Of a stretch of 64,000 nt of DNA, positions 1-9,997 are shown piece by piece. Numbering within the stretch: the first letter of the stretch is position 1; every line of letters starts with the position of its first letter. This DNA comes from Candidatus Woesearchaeota archaeon (GTDB lineage Archaea; Nanobdellota; Nanobdellia; Woesearchaeales; GW2011-AR4). The position numbers and the translations under genes were made by a program. Below the pieces are notes generated by a model that was given only the letters and a program-made list of their open reading frames with translations, was not told the DNA's origin and ran no database searches. The DNA lies in assembly GCA_016181305.1 (NCBI GenBank), contig JACOZN010000010.1, positions 149,426 to 213,425 of the forward strand, in the 5' to 3' direction.

Positions 1-600
1 TGTGTCTGTTATGTCACCTATTATCCTGATATTCTCAAAGCTGTACTCGTTCGTAGTCCAGAATCTTGCCCCTACAGACGAAACGCTGAACTCGAGAGAA
101 TTCTGCTTCATGAGCAGCTTCTTGTCCAGCTTGACAGGCTCGACAATCTCGGATGCAATCTCATTCTCAAAAACAATCACATTGTTGAGCTTTATTTCAA
201 GAACACCTTTCCTCTTCTTGGCTGCGAAAGACAAAACAACATTGTCTGTATTGTCAATGTCCTCGATAACAAAGTCTATATTCCTTGTTTTTTTGTCAAA
301 CCACCCGTTCCTTACTATAAAAGGGTTTATCTTTTCTAAATCCTTTGCGTTGGTTGTCTCAACCAAGAATATGTTGGGGATTTTTTTCTCGCTCTCCATG
401 CTCCTTGACGTGCTCAATGCCCCTGGGCTTGCCTGCAGCAGGATGTTCGGGCTTTCCCCTAGCGCGGGCTCCGGCTGCTTCTTTTCAATCAGCTTTTCCC
501 TCTCTCCTGAAGGCAGAAATACGATGTAAAGAATTATAAGGCCTGCTATTATTGCAACTAAAACAGCGGCGTTCATGCCGCCTTGGGCTTTATTTTGCAT
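1..600 (-). CDS. Class III (type IV pilin-like) signal peptide protein, truncated by window edge
   Basis: Not in ORF track (no stop in window). Manual translation from ATG 600: MQNKAQ-GGMNAAVLVAIIAGLIILYIVFLPSGEREKL..., open to base 1; AGGTG SD upstream. Confidence 0.8.
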   Translation of the reverse strand, partial: MQNKAQGGMNAAVLVAIIAGLIILYIVFLPSGEREKLIEKKQPEPALGESPNILLQASPGALSTSRSMESEKKIPNIFLVETTNAKDLEKINPFIVRNGWFDKKTRNIDFVIEDIDNTDNVVLSFAAKKRKGVLEIKLNNVIVFENEIASEIVEPVKLDKKLLMKQNSLEFSVSSVGARFWTTNEYSFENIRIIGDITDT

Positions 601-685
601 CACAACACCTTTTTTCACTCAATCAATAACTACTCCAAAGAAATTAACATAAACATATTTAAATCTTTTTATTTTAGTATATAAG

Positions 686-1753
686 ATGAAACTGCTGCAT
701 TCCAACCTGAAAAAAGGCGAGGTTAAGGTCCTCACCCAGAATCTGGATGACTTATGGTACCTGAGCACGATAGTCGAGCCGAAAGACATCGTGCAGGGAA
801 AGACCTTAAGGAAGATAAAGGCTGCCTCAGGCGATGAAAAGTCAAAAGAGGCTGCAAAGAAGCCTGTTTTCATAAAGCTCACGGTTGAGAAGGCGGAATT
901 CAGCAAATATGCGAGCGTGCTTAGAATTTCAGGTATTATTAAGGAAGCTCCTGAAGAAGTGCCTTTGGGCAGCTACCATACATTCAACGTTGATGAAAAC
1001 ACCGCAATAACCATTACCAAGGAGAACTGGCTTAAGTACCATCTTGACAGGCTGAAAGAGGCGTGCCAGGAGAAAAAAAGCGCTTTGCTTATATGCGTGC
1101 ATGACAGGGAAGAGGCATATTTCGCATTATTCAAAAAATATGGTTATGAGGTTTTAGCGCATATACATGGGGATGTGCAGAAAAAGAGGGAGGAAAGCAC
1201 AAAGAAAGAAAATTTTTATTTAACGATAATAGCTAAATTAAAAGAATATGCCGAAAGATACAAAATCAGGCAGATTATCTTGGCAAGCCCTGCTTTCTGG
1301 AAAGAAGACCTGATGAAAGAAATTAATGACGACGAGCTTAAGCAAAAGATTGTTCCTGCCGCATGCTCTTCGGCAACAAAGAACGGGATAGACGAGGTCA
1401 TAAAAAGGCCGGAAGTGAGGGAAGCGCTGAAGCAGGAAAGGACTGCAAAGGAAATCAACAAGGTTGAGGAATTGTTTGCGGAGATTGCGAAAAGCAATCT
1501 TGCTGCGTATGGGATTGAAGAGACTGAAAACGCCTCCTCGATAGGCGCTGTAAAAGAGCTTTTGATAACAGATTCACTGATACAAAAATCAAGGATGGAA
1601 AGCTTTTATGGCAGGATAGAAAATATGATGAAGGCCGTCGACAAGGCAAAAGGCGAGATAGAGATTATAAGCTCCGAGCACGAGGCGGGAAAAAAGCTTG
1701 ACGGGCTGGGAGGGATAGCTGCTATTTTGAGGTTCAAGCTGAACTATGGGTAA
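686..1753 (+). CDS. pelA: Pelota/Dom34 ribosome rescue factor
   Basis: eRF1-like family; N-terminal DDLWYL..I..GD-type motif, [22 protein letters not shown] end. Confidence 0.95.
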   Translation: MKLLHSNLKKGEVKVLTQNLDDLWYLSTIVEPKDIVQGKTLRKIKAASGDEKSKEAAKKPVFIKLTVEKAEFSKYASVLRISGIIKEAPEEVPLGSYHTFNVDENTAITITKENWLKYHLDRLKEACQEKKSALLICVHDREEAYFALFKKYGYEVLAHIHGDVQKKREESTKKENFYLTIIAKLKEYAERYKIRQIILASPAFWKEDLMKEINDDELKQKIVPAACSSATKNGIDEVIKRPEVREALKQERTAKEINKVEELFAEIAKSNLAAYGIEETENASSIGAVKELLITDSLIQKSRMESFYGRIENMMKAVDKAKGEIEIISSEHEAGKKLDGLGGIAAILRFKLNYG

Positions 1754-1797
1754 AATTTAAAAAGAATTTATGTTATATCCCAAAAAAAGAGGCGCAT

Positions 1798-3750
1798 ATG
1801 GCAGACTATATAGACTCGATTCTGAAAGAAAACAGGGTGTTTTATCCAAGCGACGAGTTCAGCAGGAAATCTTACATTAAAAACATGGCTCAGTACTCAA
1901 AGCTCTATAAAAAATCAATCGAAAACCCGGAAGCTTTCTGGGCAGGGATTGCCTCCCATATTGAGTGGTTTAAGAAATGGGACATTGTGCTGAGAAACGA
2001 CATGGGCTTTTTCAAGTGGTTTGAGGGCGGCTACCTGAATGCATGCTATAACTGCCTTGACAGGATTGTCAAATCAGGCAGAAAGGACAAGATCGCCTAT
2101 ATATGGGAGCCTGAGAAAGGGGAAAGCAAAACATATACTTACGGGCATTTGTTAAAGGAAGTTTGCAGGCTTGCAAATGTCCTTAAGAATATGGGTGTTC
2201 AAAGGGGGCATGTTGTCGAGATATACCTTCCAATGATTCCGGAACTGCCGATTGCAATGCTTGCATGCGCGAGGATTGGGGCAATACACTCTGTCGTGTT
2301 TGCGGGGTTCAGCTCTGACGCGCTTAAGGACAGGATTCAGGATTCAAAAGCTGAGCTGCTGATTACAGCAGACGGAAGCTTCAGGAATGATAAGGTTTAT
2401 CCGCTTAAGGACAATGCAGATGCGGCACTGAAGGACTGCCCGACAATCAATAAAGTTATTGTTGTAAAGAGGGCTGGCAATAAAATCAGAATGGCTGGCG
2501 GAAGGGACTTCTGGTGGCACGAATTGGTTAATGAAAAGGGCATTGCAGATTTTTGCGAGCCTGAAAGCCTGCATGCAGAGGAGTCATTGTTCATTCTTTA
2601 TACAAGCGGCACAACAGGCAAGCCAAAAGGGATTTTGCATACGCAGGCCGGCTATCTGGTGTTTGTGTACCAGACTTTCAAATGGATTTTTGACATAAAA
2701 GACAACGATATTTATTTTTGCACGGCAGACATCGGATGGATTACCGGGCACAGCTACATTGTTTACGGGCCTTTGGCAAACGGAGCCACCATCATTATGT
2801 ATGAGGGCTCGCCGACATTTCCAGAGCCTGACAGGTTCTGGCGCATTGTGGAGAAGCACAAAGCCACCATATTTTATACTGCACCGACTGCGATAAGGGC
2901 ATTGGCAAAAGAGGGTGACGAGTGGCCAGGCAAATGCAACCTAAGCAGCTTAAGACTGCTCGGCACTGTAGGAGAGCCAATAAACCCCGAGGCATGGCTT
3001 TGGTATCACAGATTGATTGGCAAAAGCAAATGCCCAATAGTAGACACTTGGTGGCAGACAGAAACAGGGGGGGTATTGATAACGCCATTGCCAGGCGCCA
3101 CTCCGTTAAAGCCAGGCTCTGCCACAAAGCCGTTTTTTGGCATAGTGGCTGATGTGCTGAGGGAAGACGGAAGCAAAGCCAATGTCAATGAAGGCGGCTA
3201 CCTTGTCATAAGAAACCCATGGCCCGGGATGCTGAGAACAGTATGGAACAATCCTGACAGGTACAGGCATACATATTTTGAAAAGTTCGGGGTTTATCTT
3301 ACCGGCGACACCGCAAAAATAGACGAAGACGGCTATTTCTGGATTATGGGGAGGGTTGATGATGTTATAAAGGTTGCAGGGCACAGGATCGGGAGCGCAG
3401 AGGTTGAAAGCTCCTTGGTAAGCCACAAGGATGTTGCAGAAGCTGCTGTCGTGCCTTTTCCGCACGATATAAAAGGGCAGGCTATCTATGCATTTGTTGT
3501 GCTGAAGAAAGGCGTCAAAAAAAATGATGCACTGAAAGAGGAGCTGAAGCAGCACGTTGCGCAGCATATTGGGCCGATTGCAAAGCCCGACAGGATACAA
3601 TTTGCTGATGATTTGCCAAAGACGAGAAGCGGGAAGATAATGAGGCGCATTCTGAAGTCTATTGCAGAGGGAAGCACTGACTACGGCAACATAATGACTC
3701 TGGCTGAGCCGAGCGTTGTTGAAATTCTGGCAAAGAACAGGGTAGGTTAG
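1798..3750 (+). CDS. acs: Acetyl-CoA synthetase (AMP-forming)
   Basis: [21 protein letters not shown] and [11 protein letters not shown] motifs; 650 aa. Confidence 0.95.
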   Translation: MADYIDSILKENRVFYPSDEFSRKSYIKNMAQYSKLYKKSIENPEAFWAGIASHIEWFKKWDIVLRNDMGFFKWFEGGYLNACYNCLDRIVKSGRKDKIAYIWEPEKGESKTYTYGHLLKEVCRLANVLKNMGVQRGHVVEIYLPMIPELPIAMLACARIGAIHSVVFAGFSSDALKDRIQDSKAELLITADGSFRNDKVYPLKDNADAALKDCPTINKVIVVKRAGNKIRMAGGRDFWWHELVNEKGIADFCEPESLHAEESLFILYTSGTTGKPKGILHTQAGYLVFVYQTFKWIFDIKDNDIYFCTADIGWITGHSYIVYGPLANGATIIMYEGSPTFPEPDRFWRIVEKHKATIFYTAPTAIRALAKEGDEWPGKCNLSSLRLLGTVGEPINPEAWLWYHRLIGKSKCPIVDTWWQTETGGVLITPLPGATPLKPGSATKPFFGIVADVLREDGSKANVNEGGYLVIRNPWPGMLRTVWNNPDRYRHTYFEKFGVYLTGDTAKIDEDGYFWIMGRVDDVIKVAGHRIGSAEVESSLVSHKDVAEAAVVPFPHDIKGQAIYAFVVLKKGVKKNDALKEELKQHVAQHIGPIAKPDRIQFADDLPKTRSGKIMRRILKSIAEGSTDYGNIMTLAEPSVVEILAKNRVG

Positions 3751-3761
3751 CTATTCGGTTC

Positions 3762-3776
3762 CGCAACATTTAAATA
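3762..3776 (+). promoter_or_regulatory. BRE/TATA promoter (P1 upstream of trmB)
   Basis: CGCAACATTTAAATA, same pattern as the promoter at 10863-10877. Confidence 0.6.
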
Positions 3777-3800
3777 GGAGTTATGTATATATTGTCTTAA

Positions 3801-3858
3801 CTAACCAGTTATAATAATAATTTGTCATTTTATGATGAAATTATCACTAACTGGTTAG
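3801..3858. repeat. 11-bp inverted repeat / imperfect long hairpin upstream of trmB
   Basis: CTAACCAGTTA (3801-3811) is the exact reverse complement of TAACTGGTTAG (3848-3858); inner TAATTT/AAATTA also pair. Confidence 0.75.
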
Positions 3859-3925
3859 AAATAACAACATTTTAATAGTAGTGCTTTTTATCCCCTAAGC
3901 AATAATAAAAGGGGGGTGTGTTTAA

Positions 3926-4744
3926 ATGATAGTTAAAGAAGAATTTTTGAGCAAACTGAGAAGGTTTTTCAACCTGAATCTGTATGAAGTTAAGATTTGG
4001 ACAGCCCTGCTCAGCAGGGGAGTCTCAACTGCAGGCGAGCTTTCCGACATCGCCAACGTGCCAAGAAGCAGAAGCTACGACGTTCTTGAGTCCTTGGAGA
4101 AAAAAGGGTTTGTAATAATGAAGCTTGGCAAGCCTATAAAATATATTGCTGTGCCTCCAAAGGAGGTTGTTGAGAGGGTAAAGAAGAACGTCACAGAGTA
4201 CGCAAAGGAAGAGATAAAGAAATTAAGCGATTTGAAAAACACAGACATTGTGGACGAGCTTAGCACTTTGCACACGCAAGGCGTTGAATTGGTCGAACCT
4301 GCTGACTTATCCGGATCCCTAAGGGGAAGGCACAACCTGTACAACCACCTTGAACTTACAATCAGGAATGCAGAGGAATCTGTCACATTGATGACAACAG
4401 CCCAGGGATTCCTGAGGAAGGTTGAGGGGTTCAAGCCGACTTTCGAAAAGCTCAAGAAGAGGGGCGTCAAAATAAGAATTGCAGCTCCAATAACAAAAGA
4501 CTCGATGCCTGCTTTAAAGGAGCTCCAGGGAGTTGCAGAAGTAAGGCACACTGACAGCAAGGCGAGGTTCTGCATTGTGGACGGCAAGGAAATTGTTTTT
4601 ATGGTTCTTGACGATACTGAAGTGCACCCGACCTATGACGTTGGAATTTGGGTGAATACGCCATTCTTTGCAGGCGCTCTTGAGAACCTGTTCGAGCTTG
4701 CATGGAAAGGCATGAAGCCTGCAGCAGAGGCTGTGAAGAGGTAA
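3926..4744 (+). CDS. TrmB-family regulator/chromatin protein (copy 1)
   Basis: wHTH LNLYEVKIW.ALL...STAGELSDIANVPRSRSYDVLESLEKKGF plus PLD-like C-terminal domain (RFCIVDGKE). Confidence 0.9.
   Translation: MIVKEEFLSKLRRFFNLNLYEVKIWTALLSRGVSTAGELSDIANVPRSRSYDVLESLEKKGFVIMKLGKPIKYIAVPPKEVVERVKKNVTEYAKEEIKKLSDLKNTDIVDELSTLHTQGVELVEPADLSGSLRGRHNLYNHLELTIRNAEESVTLMTTAQGFLRKVEGFKPTFEKLKKRGVKIRIAAPITKDSMPALKELQGVAEVRHTDSKARFCIVDGKEIVFMVLDDTEVHPTYDVGIWVNTPFFAGALENLFELAWKGMKPAAEAVKR
3986..4092. repeat. 107-bp near-identical segment shared in inverted orientation with 39673-39779
   Basis: Manual alignment: 101/107 identical, including a 45-bp exact match (4048-4092 vs 39673-39717). Confidence 0.85.
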
Positions 4745-4817
4745 TTTCTTTTTTTATTCTCTTATTATTCATTTTTAATACAAAAATATAAAAAACAGCA
4801 CTAATTCTACGTAGCTT

Positions 4818-5075
4818 ATGGACAGGCTGGGGCAATGCAGAAAAAGGATTGATGCTATTGACAAGAACATTGCAAAGTTATTGTTAAAGAGGTTTGAGTT
4901 AGTGAATCAGATTGGCAGCTACAAAAAGAGGAATAAGGTTAAAGTTGATGACAAAAAGAGGGAAGCGCAGGTCATAAGCAATATCAAAAAAATTTCCAAT
5001 GAACATAAAAAATTTATTATGAGTATTTTCAAAAATATCATAAATTATTCAAAAAAGCTGCAAAAAAATGGCTAG
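4818..5075 (+). CDS. aroQ: Chorismate mutase (AroQ class, stand-alone)
   Basis: R.RIDAID..I..LL.KR....QIG.YK...V.D.KRE pattern; 85 aa. Confidence 0.85.
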   Translation: MDRLGQCRKRIDAIDKNIAKLLLKRFELVNQIGSYKKRNKVKVDDKKREAQVISNIKKISNEHKKFIMSIFKNIINYSKKLQKNG

Positions 5076-5913
5076 AAAAAATCTTATTCTTGAGCTGAAG
5101 CAGAAGGCAAAAGATTTCAGGAAAGGGGTAATTGAGGTTGTCTACAAAGCCCAGTCCGGGCATCCCGGCGGCTCGCTGAGCGAGATTGACATGCTTGTGG
5201 CTTTGTATTTCTACAAGCTGAGGGTTGATGCAAAAAACCCAAAATGGGACAACAGGGACAGGTTTGTATTAAGCAAGGGGCATGCAAGCCCCGGCATTTA
5301 TGTTGTTCTTGCAGACAGGGGGTTTTTCCCGAAGTCAGAGCTTGATGGCTTCAGAAAAATCAACAGGATGCTGCAGGGGCATCCGGAGCTAAGCACGCCG
5401 GGCATTGATTTTGCCGGCGGCTCGCTGGGGCAGGGAATATGCTTTGCGCACGGCATTGCATTGGCGTGCAGGCTTGACAAAAAAGACTGCAAAGTTTACT
5501 GCATGATAGGCGACGGGGAAGCGCAGGAAGGGGCTGTCTGGGAGGCATCCATGGCGGCTGCATTCCACAAGCTGGACAATTTAATTGTCATTCTGGACAA
5601 AAACCAGGTTCAGGAAACCGGAAGGACGAAGGACATCATGGACTTGGGCAATGTGGCTTTGAAGTGGAAGGCTTTTGGGTGGAATACCATTGAAATCAAC
5701 GGGCATGACATGGGGCAGATTGTCAAAGCCCTTGACAAGGCTTCAAAAATGAGGAACAAAAAGCCGACGATAATCATTTCAGACACAATCAAGGGGAAAG
5801 GGGTTTCTTTTATGGAACTAAACTATAGATTCCATGGAAAAGCCCCTAATGACGAGGAATACAAAAGGGCAATTGAAGAGATTGAGAAGATTGATATTAA
5901 AAAGTTTAAATAA
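5068..5913 (+). CDS. tktA: Transketolase, N-terminal (TPP-binding) subunit
   Basis: SGHPGGSLS, RDRFVLSKGHA, LQGHP and GDGE..EG.VWEA TPP motif. Confidence 0.95.
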   Translation: MARKNLILELKQKAKDFRKGVIEVVYKAQSGHPGGSLSEIDMLVALYFYKLRVDAKNPKWDNRDRFVLSKGHASPGIYVVLADRGFFPKSELDGFRKINRMLQGHPELSTPGIDFAGGSLGQGICFAHGIALACRLDKKDCKVYCMIGDGEAQEGAVWEASMAAAFHKLDNLIVILDKNQVQETGRTKDIMDLGNVALKWKAFGWNTIEINGHDMGQIVKALDKASKMRNKKPTIIISDTIKGKGVSFMELNYRFHGKAPNDEEYKRAIEEIEKIDIKKFK

Positions 5914-5914
5914 A

Positions 5915-6850
5915 ATGGAAAAGGCTGCAACACGGGAAGGCTATGGAAAGGCTCTGCTTGAATTGGGCAGGATAAACAAGGATGTTGTTGTAGTTGACGC
6001 TGACCTGGGAGACAGCACAAAGGCGGAGCATTTCGGGAAGCAGTTCCCTGAAAGGTTCTTCACGACGGGCATTGCAGAGCAGAACATGATTGGGACTGCT
6101 GCAGGGCTTTCTGTTTCAGGCAAGATTCCTTATGCAAGCACCTTTGCGGTTTTCAGCGAAAGGGCTTTTGAATTCACAAGAAACATAGTGTCAAGGAACA
6201 AGCTGAATGTGAAGCTTACAGGCTCTCATGCCGGAATTGCAACAGGCGAGGACGGCAAGTCAGCGCAGGCAATTGAGGACGTTGCTGCTTATCGCGCATT
6301 GCCAAATATGGTTGTGCTGCAGCCTGCTGATGCCGCAGAAGCCGAGAAGATGGTTTTTGCGCTTGCTGAATATAAAGGACCTTCGTACATGAGAGTCCAC
6401 AGGATTGCCATGCCGATAATACATGGCAGCAATTACAAATTCGAAATTGGGAGAGGGGAGATTTTAAGGCAGGGCAAGGATGCTGTTATTTTTGCTTCCG
6501 GCACAATGGTTCACGAAGCCCTGAAAGCTGCTACAATTCTTGAAAATGAGAAAATAAATGTTTATGTTGCCAATATATCGACTATAAAGCCAATTGACGA
6601 GAAATTAGTTATTGAATTGGCTAAAAAAACAAATTGCGTTATAACGGCAGAGGACCATAATGTGATTGGCGGATTGGGTTCGGCTGTTGCAGAGGTTTTG
6701 GGCGAGAACTATCCCTGCCTGATGAAAAGAATTGGCGTCAAGGATGCCTATGCGGAATCCGGCAAGCCTGATGAACTGTACAGGAAATACGGGCTGGATG
6801 CTGAGTCGATTGCTGAAGAGGTTATGAAGATTATCAGTAAGAAAAAATAA
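5915..6850 (+). CDS. tktB: Transketolase, C-terminal subunit
   Basis: ADL..ST, GIAEQNMIG, GEDG.S.Q..ED, EDH...GGLGSAV; start moved to ATG 5915 just after the upstream stop. Confidence 0.95.
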   Translation: MEKAATREGYGKALLELGRINKDVVVVDADLGDSTKAEHFGKQFPERFFTTGIAEQNMIGTAAGLSVSGKIPYASTFAVFSERAFEFTRNIVSRNKLNVKLTGSHAGIATGEDGKSAQAIEDVAAYRALPNMVVLQPADAAEAEKMVFALAEYKGPSYMRVHRIAMPIIHGSNYKFEIGRGEILRQGKDAVIFASGTMVHEALKAATILENEKINVYVANISTIKPIDEKLVIELAKKTNCVITAEDHNVIGGLGSAVAEVLGENYPCLMKRIGVKDAYAESGKPDELYRKYGLDAESIAEEVMKIISKKK

Positions 6851-6994
6851 ATTAATTCAATTAAAAAAATTTACATTAAAAATAAAATCAAAAACGAGAG
6901 CGACTTTTGGCTGTATAGCGTGATAAAAGTGAACCGCTTTTGATGTCATATTTTAAGAAAAGGTTAAAAATAGCAACATATTAGTTGATGTAAA

Positions 6995-7645
6995 ATGCAA
7001 CTGTTCATTGATTCAGCCGAAATCTCAGAAATAAAAAAAGCAGCTGAGACCTCGTTATGCGATGGAGTTACTACAAACCCAACTTTGGCGGCAAAAGCTG
7101 GCAGGGATTATAATGATATCTTAAAAGAAATCTGCTCAATCATAAAAGGGCCTGTAAGCGCAGAGACTGTTTCTCCCGATGCAGACGGCATGGTAAAAGA
7201 AGGCATTGCTTTTTCCAAAATAGCTAAAAACATTGTTGTCAAAGTCCCCATGACAGTTGAAGGCATGAAGGCGTGCCAGCAATTGACAAAAAAAGGCATC
7301 AGAGTTAATGTAACTCTAGTGTTTTCAGCAAATCAGGCCTTATTGGCAGCAAAATCAGGCGCTTTTCTGGTAAGCCCTTTTGTGGGAAGACTGGATGACA
7401 TTGGGAAAGTTGGAATGGATGTTGTCAGAGATATAAAGCAAGTCTATGACAATTACAAGCTCACAACGCAGATTTTAGTTGCTTCCGTCAGAAACCCAAT
7501 TCATATTTTAGAGGCTGCCAAAATCGGAGCGGATATTGCAACAGTTCCTTATTCTGTGTTTGAGCAGCTGTTCAAGCATTCCCTGACTGATGCGGGAATA
7601 AAGAAATTCTTGGAAGACTGGGAAAAAGTGCCGAAGAAGAAGTGA
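6995..7645 (+). CDS. tal: Transaldolase (short FSA/TalC type)
   Basis: [13 protein letters not shown] Schiff-base Lys, [18 protein letters not shown]. Confidence 0.93.
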   Translation: MQLFIDSAEISEIKKAAETSLCDGVTTNPTLAAKAGRDYNDILKEICSIIKGPVSAETVSPDADGMVKEGIAFSKIAKNIVVKVPMTVEGMKACQQLTKKGIRVNVTLVFSANQALLAAKSGAFLVSPFVGRLDDIGKVGMDVVRDIKQVYDNYKLTTQILVASVRNPIHILEAAKIGADIATVPYSVFEQLFKHSLTDAGIKKFLEDWEKVPKKK

Positions 7646-7651
7646 AAAAAA

Positions 7652-8563
7652 TTGAAAGCATTTTTAGCAAATCAATGGTATAAATTCAAAAGATGGTTTT
7701 ATTCAAGGGAAAACTATGAAAAGCATTTTAATCTACATAGATTCTTTATGAATTTACTTTATTTTATAATTTCTGTAATTGTAGTAGCAATACTCTATAA
7801 AAATGTGGATTTCTTCAATCAATATACTTTGATATTCTTCAGGATTGGATCGTTATTGCTTTTGATAGGTACTTATTTTATTGTTAGTTACTTATATAAT
7901 ATAATAAAACAAATTCAAAGTAAGCATTATAATTTACCAAATGGTTATAAAGCTATAATTGCGATACTTCTCATATTTTTACTAATCTTTATTTACAATC
8001 ATTCAAACTTATTTACAAGTACTGTAAAAAGGACTACAGATAAAATATCTTTATCTAACTTCAATCCGATTGCTTCATCAAAGTTAATTGGTTCAAGTAA
8101 TATTGTCTCTCCAGATGCTATAAGTTCTAAATTAGATTTTAGAAGATTTACAAGTTTTTTACCTCAACCATGGGGGTTCTTGTTATTTTGGGGTATTATT
8201 ATAGCAATAGCTTTAACATTTTTAAGTAAATTCGTATTTCATGGAGAATTACCTATTTGGTTGGTTTGGATATTATTTATTATTGGCATAATTATGATTT
8301 TTCAATACAAAATCCCATATAATACTGTAAAGGTAAGTGGATTTAATATGAAATGTAATGAAAATAATAAAATAATTGTTGAAAATAGTGCTTTAGGATT
8401 TGGTGAAATGGTTGTGGGGATGGAGTTATCAATATCTTGCCTAGAATATAAATCGTCTCAATGCAGACCCACATGTATAAACAAACAACCGATGTGTCAA
8501 TGCGAAGCAAATTTAATTGATTTAATATTTCATCAAAAAGGAGATTGGTTTTTAGGAGGTTGA
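7652..8563 (+). CDS. Hypothetical multi-pass membrane protein, AT-rich, Cys-rich C-terminus
   Basis: 303-aa ORF (TTG start) with about 5 hydrophobic segments; visibly lower GC than flanks. Confidence 0.7.
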   Translation: MKAFLANQWYKFKRWFYSRENYEKHFNLHRFFMNLLYFIISVIVVAILYKNVDFFNQYTLIFFRIGSLLLLIGTYFIVSYLYNIIKQIQSKHYNLPNGYKAIIAILLIFLLIFIYNHSNLFTSTVKRTTDKISLSNFNPIASSKLIGSSNIVSPDAISSKLDFRRFTSFLPQPWGFLLFWGIIIAIALTFLSKFVFHGELPIWLVWILFIIGIIMIFQYKIPYNTVKVSGFNMKCNENNKIIVENSALGFGEMVVGMELSISCLEYKSSQCRPTCINKQPMCQCEANLIDLIFHQKGDWFLGG

Positions 8564-8564
8564 A

Positions 8565-8768
8565 GTGCAACAACCAAGAAGCTTTGTAGATTTTAATATG
8601 AAAAATTGGAGAAATTTTGGTATTTATATTATGCTACTAGGACTAGTTATTATGTTTTTAAGTGACCAATGGAAAATTGGTAGAGGATTTTTTCTTATTG
8701 GAGCAATATTCACCGCTATTTTTCAAGGACCTAAAATATTTAAAATTCTTAAAAAGAAAAATTGGTAG
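8565..8768 (+). CDS. Small two-TM hypothetical protein
   Basis: GGAGG SD before GTG 8565; two hydrophobic helices; AT-rich. Confidence 0.55.
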   Translation: MQQPRSFVDFNMKNWRNFGIYIMLLGLVIMFLSDQWKIGRGFFLIGAIFTAIFQGPKIFKILKKKNW

Positions 8769-8825
8769 GTTATAATAAATTCTCTAACCAAAGCCTTTTT
8801 ATACCATTTTCTTTATCTTTGCCTT

Positions 8826-9962
8826 ATGGTACAACAGTACAACGTCAAAGACGCTAAAAGCCATGTGTCGGCTCATGAAAGGAAGGTGAAGGAGCTAGAG
8901 GAAGAGCTGTCAACCACAAAATACAACAAGAAGACGCAGGGGCATATCGGGTTAGTAAAGGCGAAGTTAGCAAAGATAAAAGAGGAGTACCAGAGAAAAG
9001 CTGCTGCAAAAGGCGGCGGAACTGGATTTTCTGTCAAGAGAAGCGGGGATGCGACTGCAATAATGGTTGGGTTTCCAAGCGTAGGCAAATCAACCTTGCT
9101 GAATGCAATAACAAATGCAAACTCTCCAGTTGGCGCTTATGCTTTCACAACATTAACCTGCATTCCGGGACTGATGGACTACAATCATGCAAAAATACAG
9201 GTGCTGGACGTTCCTGGAATTGTTGAAGGCGCTGCAACAGGCAGGGGCAGGGGAAGGGAAGTTCTTGCATGCGCGCAGAGCGCAGACCTGGTTATAATCC
9301 TTCTTGATATTTTCAATCCAGAGCATCTGGAAGTTGTCAGGAATGAAATCTACGAGACCGGCTTGAGAATGAACCAAAAGCCTCCTCAAGTCAGGATTTC
9401 AAAAAAAATGAGAGGAGGAATTGACATTGGATTGACTGTAAAACTGACAAAGATAAGCCCGGAAACCATAAAAACAATACTGAAGGAGTTCAGGCTGGAG
9501 AATTCAAGCATTGTCATAAGGGAGGACATAACAGACGACCAGCTGATTGATGTAATTGAAGGCAATAAAAAATATGTTCCTGCCATAACAGTCCTGAACA
9601 AGATAGACATGGTTGATGAAGAAGAGCTGGAAAGAGTAAAGGCAATTGTAAAGCCGGACATCTGCATTTCCGCAGAGCTGAAGGCTGGCACAGAGGAATT
9701 AAAGGACTTGATTTTCAAAAAGCTTGAATTCATAAGGGTTTACTGCAAGGAGGCAGGCAAGAAAGCTGACATGGGAGTGCCTTTGATAATGAGGAAAGGC
9801 AACACATTAAGGGATGTCTGCACCAAGCTCCACAAGGATTTTGTAAGCAAGTTCAGGTTTGCAAGGGTTTGGGGAAAAGGTATGAAATTCCCGGGACAGG
9901 TTATCAGAAAGCTTGAGCATGTTGTGCAGGATAATGACATCGTTGAGGTGCATGTGAGTTGA
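8826..9962 (+). CDS. DRG/Rbg1-family Obg GTPase with TGS domain
   Basis: YNKKTQGHIG.VKAKLA, GFPSVGKST, YAFTTLT, DVPG, NKID. Confidence 0.93.
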   Translation: MVQQYNVKDAKSHVSAHERKVKELEEELSTTKYNKKTQGHIGLVKAKLAKIKEEYQRKAAAKGGGTGFSVKRSGDATAIMVGFPSVGKSTLLNAITNANSPVGAYAFTTLTCIPGLMDYNHAKIQVLDVPGIVEGAATGRGRGREVLACAQSADLVIILLDIFNPEHLEVVRNEIYETGLRMNQKPPQVRISKKMRGGIDIGLTVKLTKISPETIKTILKEFRLENSSIVIREDITDDQLIDVIEGNKKYVPAITVLNKIDMVDEEELERVKAIVKPDICISAELKAGTEELKDLIFKKLEFIRVYCKEAGKKADMGVPLIMRKGNTLRDVCTKLHKDFVSKFRFARVWGKGMKFPGQVIRKLEHVVQDNDIVEVHVS

Positions 9963-9997
9963 GTTAGTCATTAATCTTACAAAAATTAGCAGTCAAA

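Noticed and set aside
2-529. 175-aa plus-strand ORF
   Set aside because: Antisense shadow of the minus-strand gene 1-600, which has an SD and a signal peptide.
3783-3800. Mini-ORF MYILS* after GGAG
   Set aside because: Too short, upstream of the predicted TSS, and with no informative composition.
6925-6945. Short AAAAGTG/CGCTTTT hairpin before tal
   Set aside because: Weak AT-rich stem with a 3-nt loop; expected by chance.
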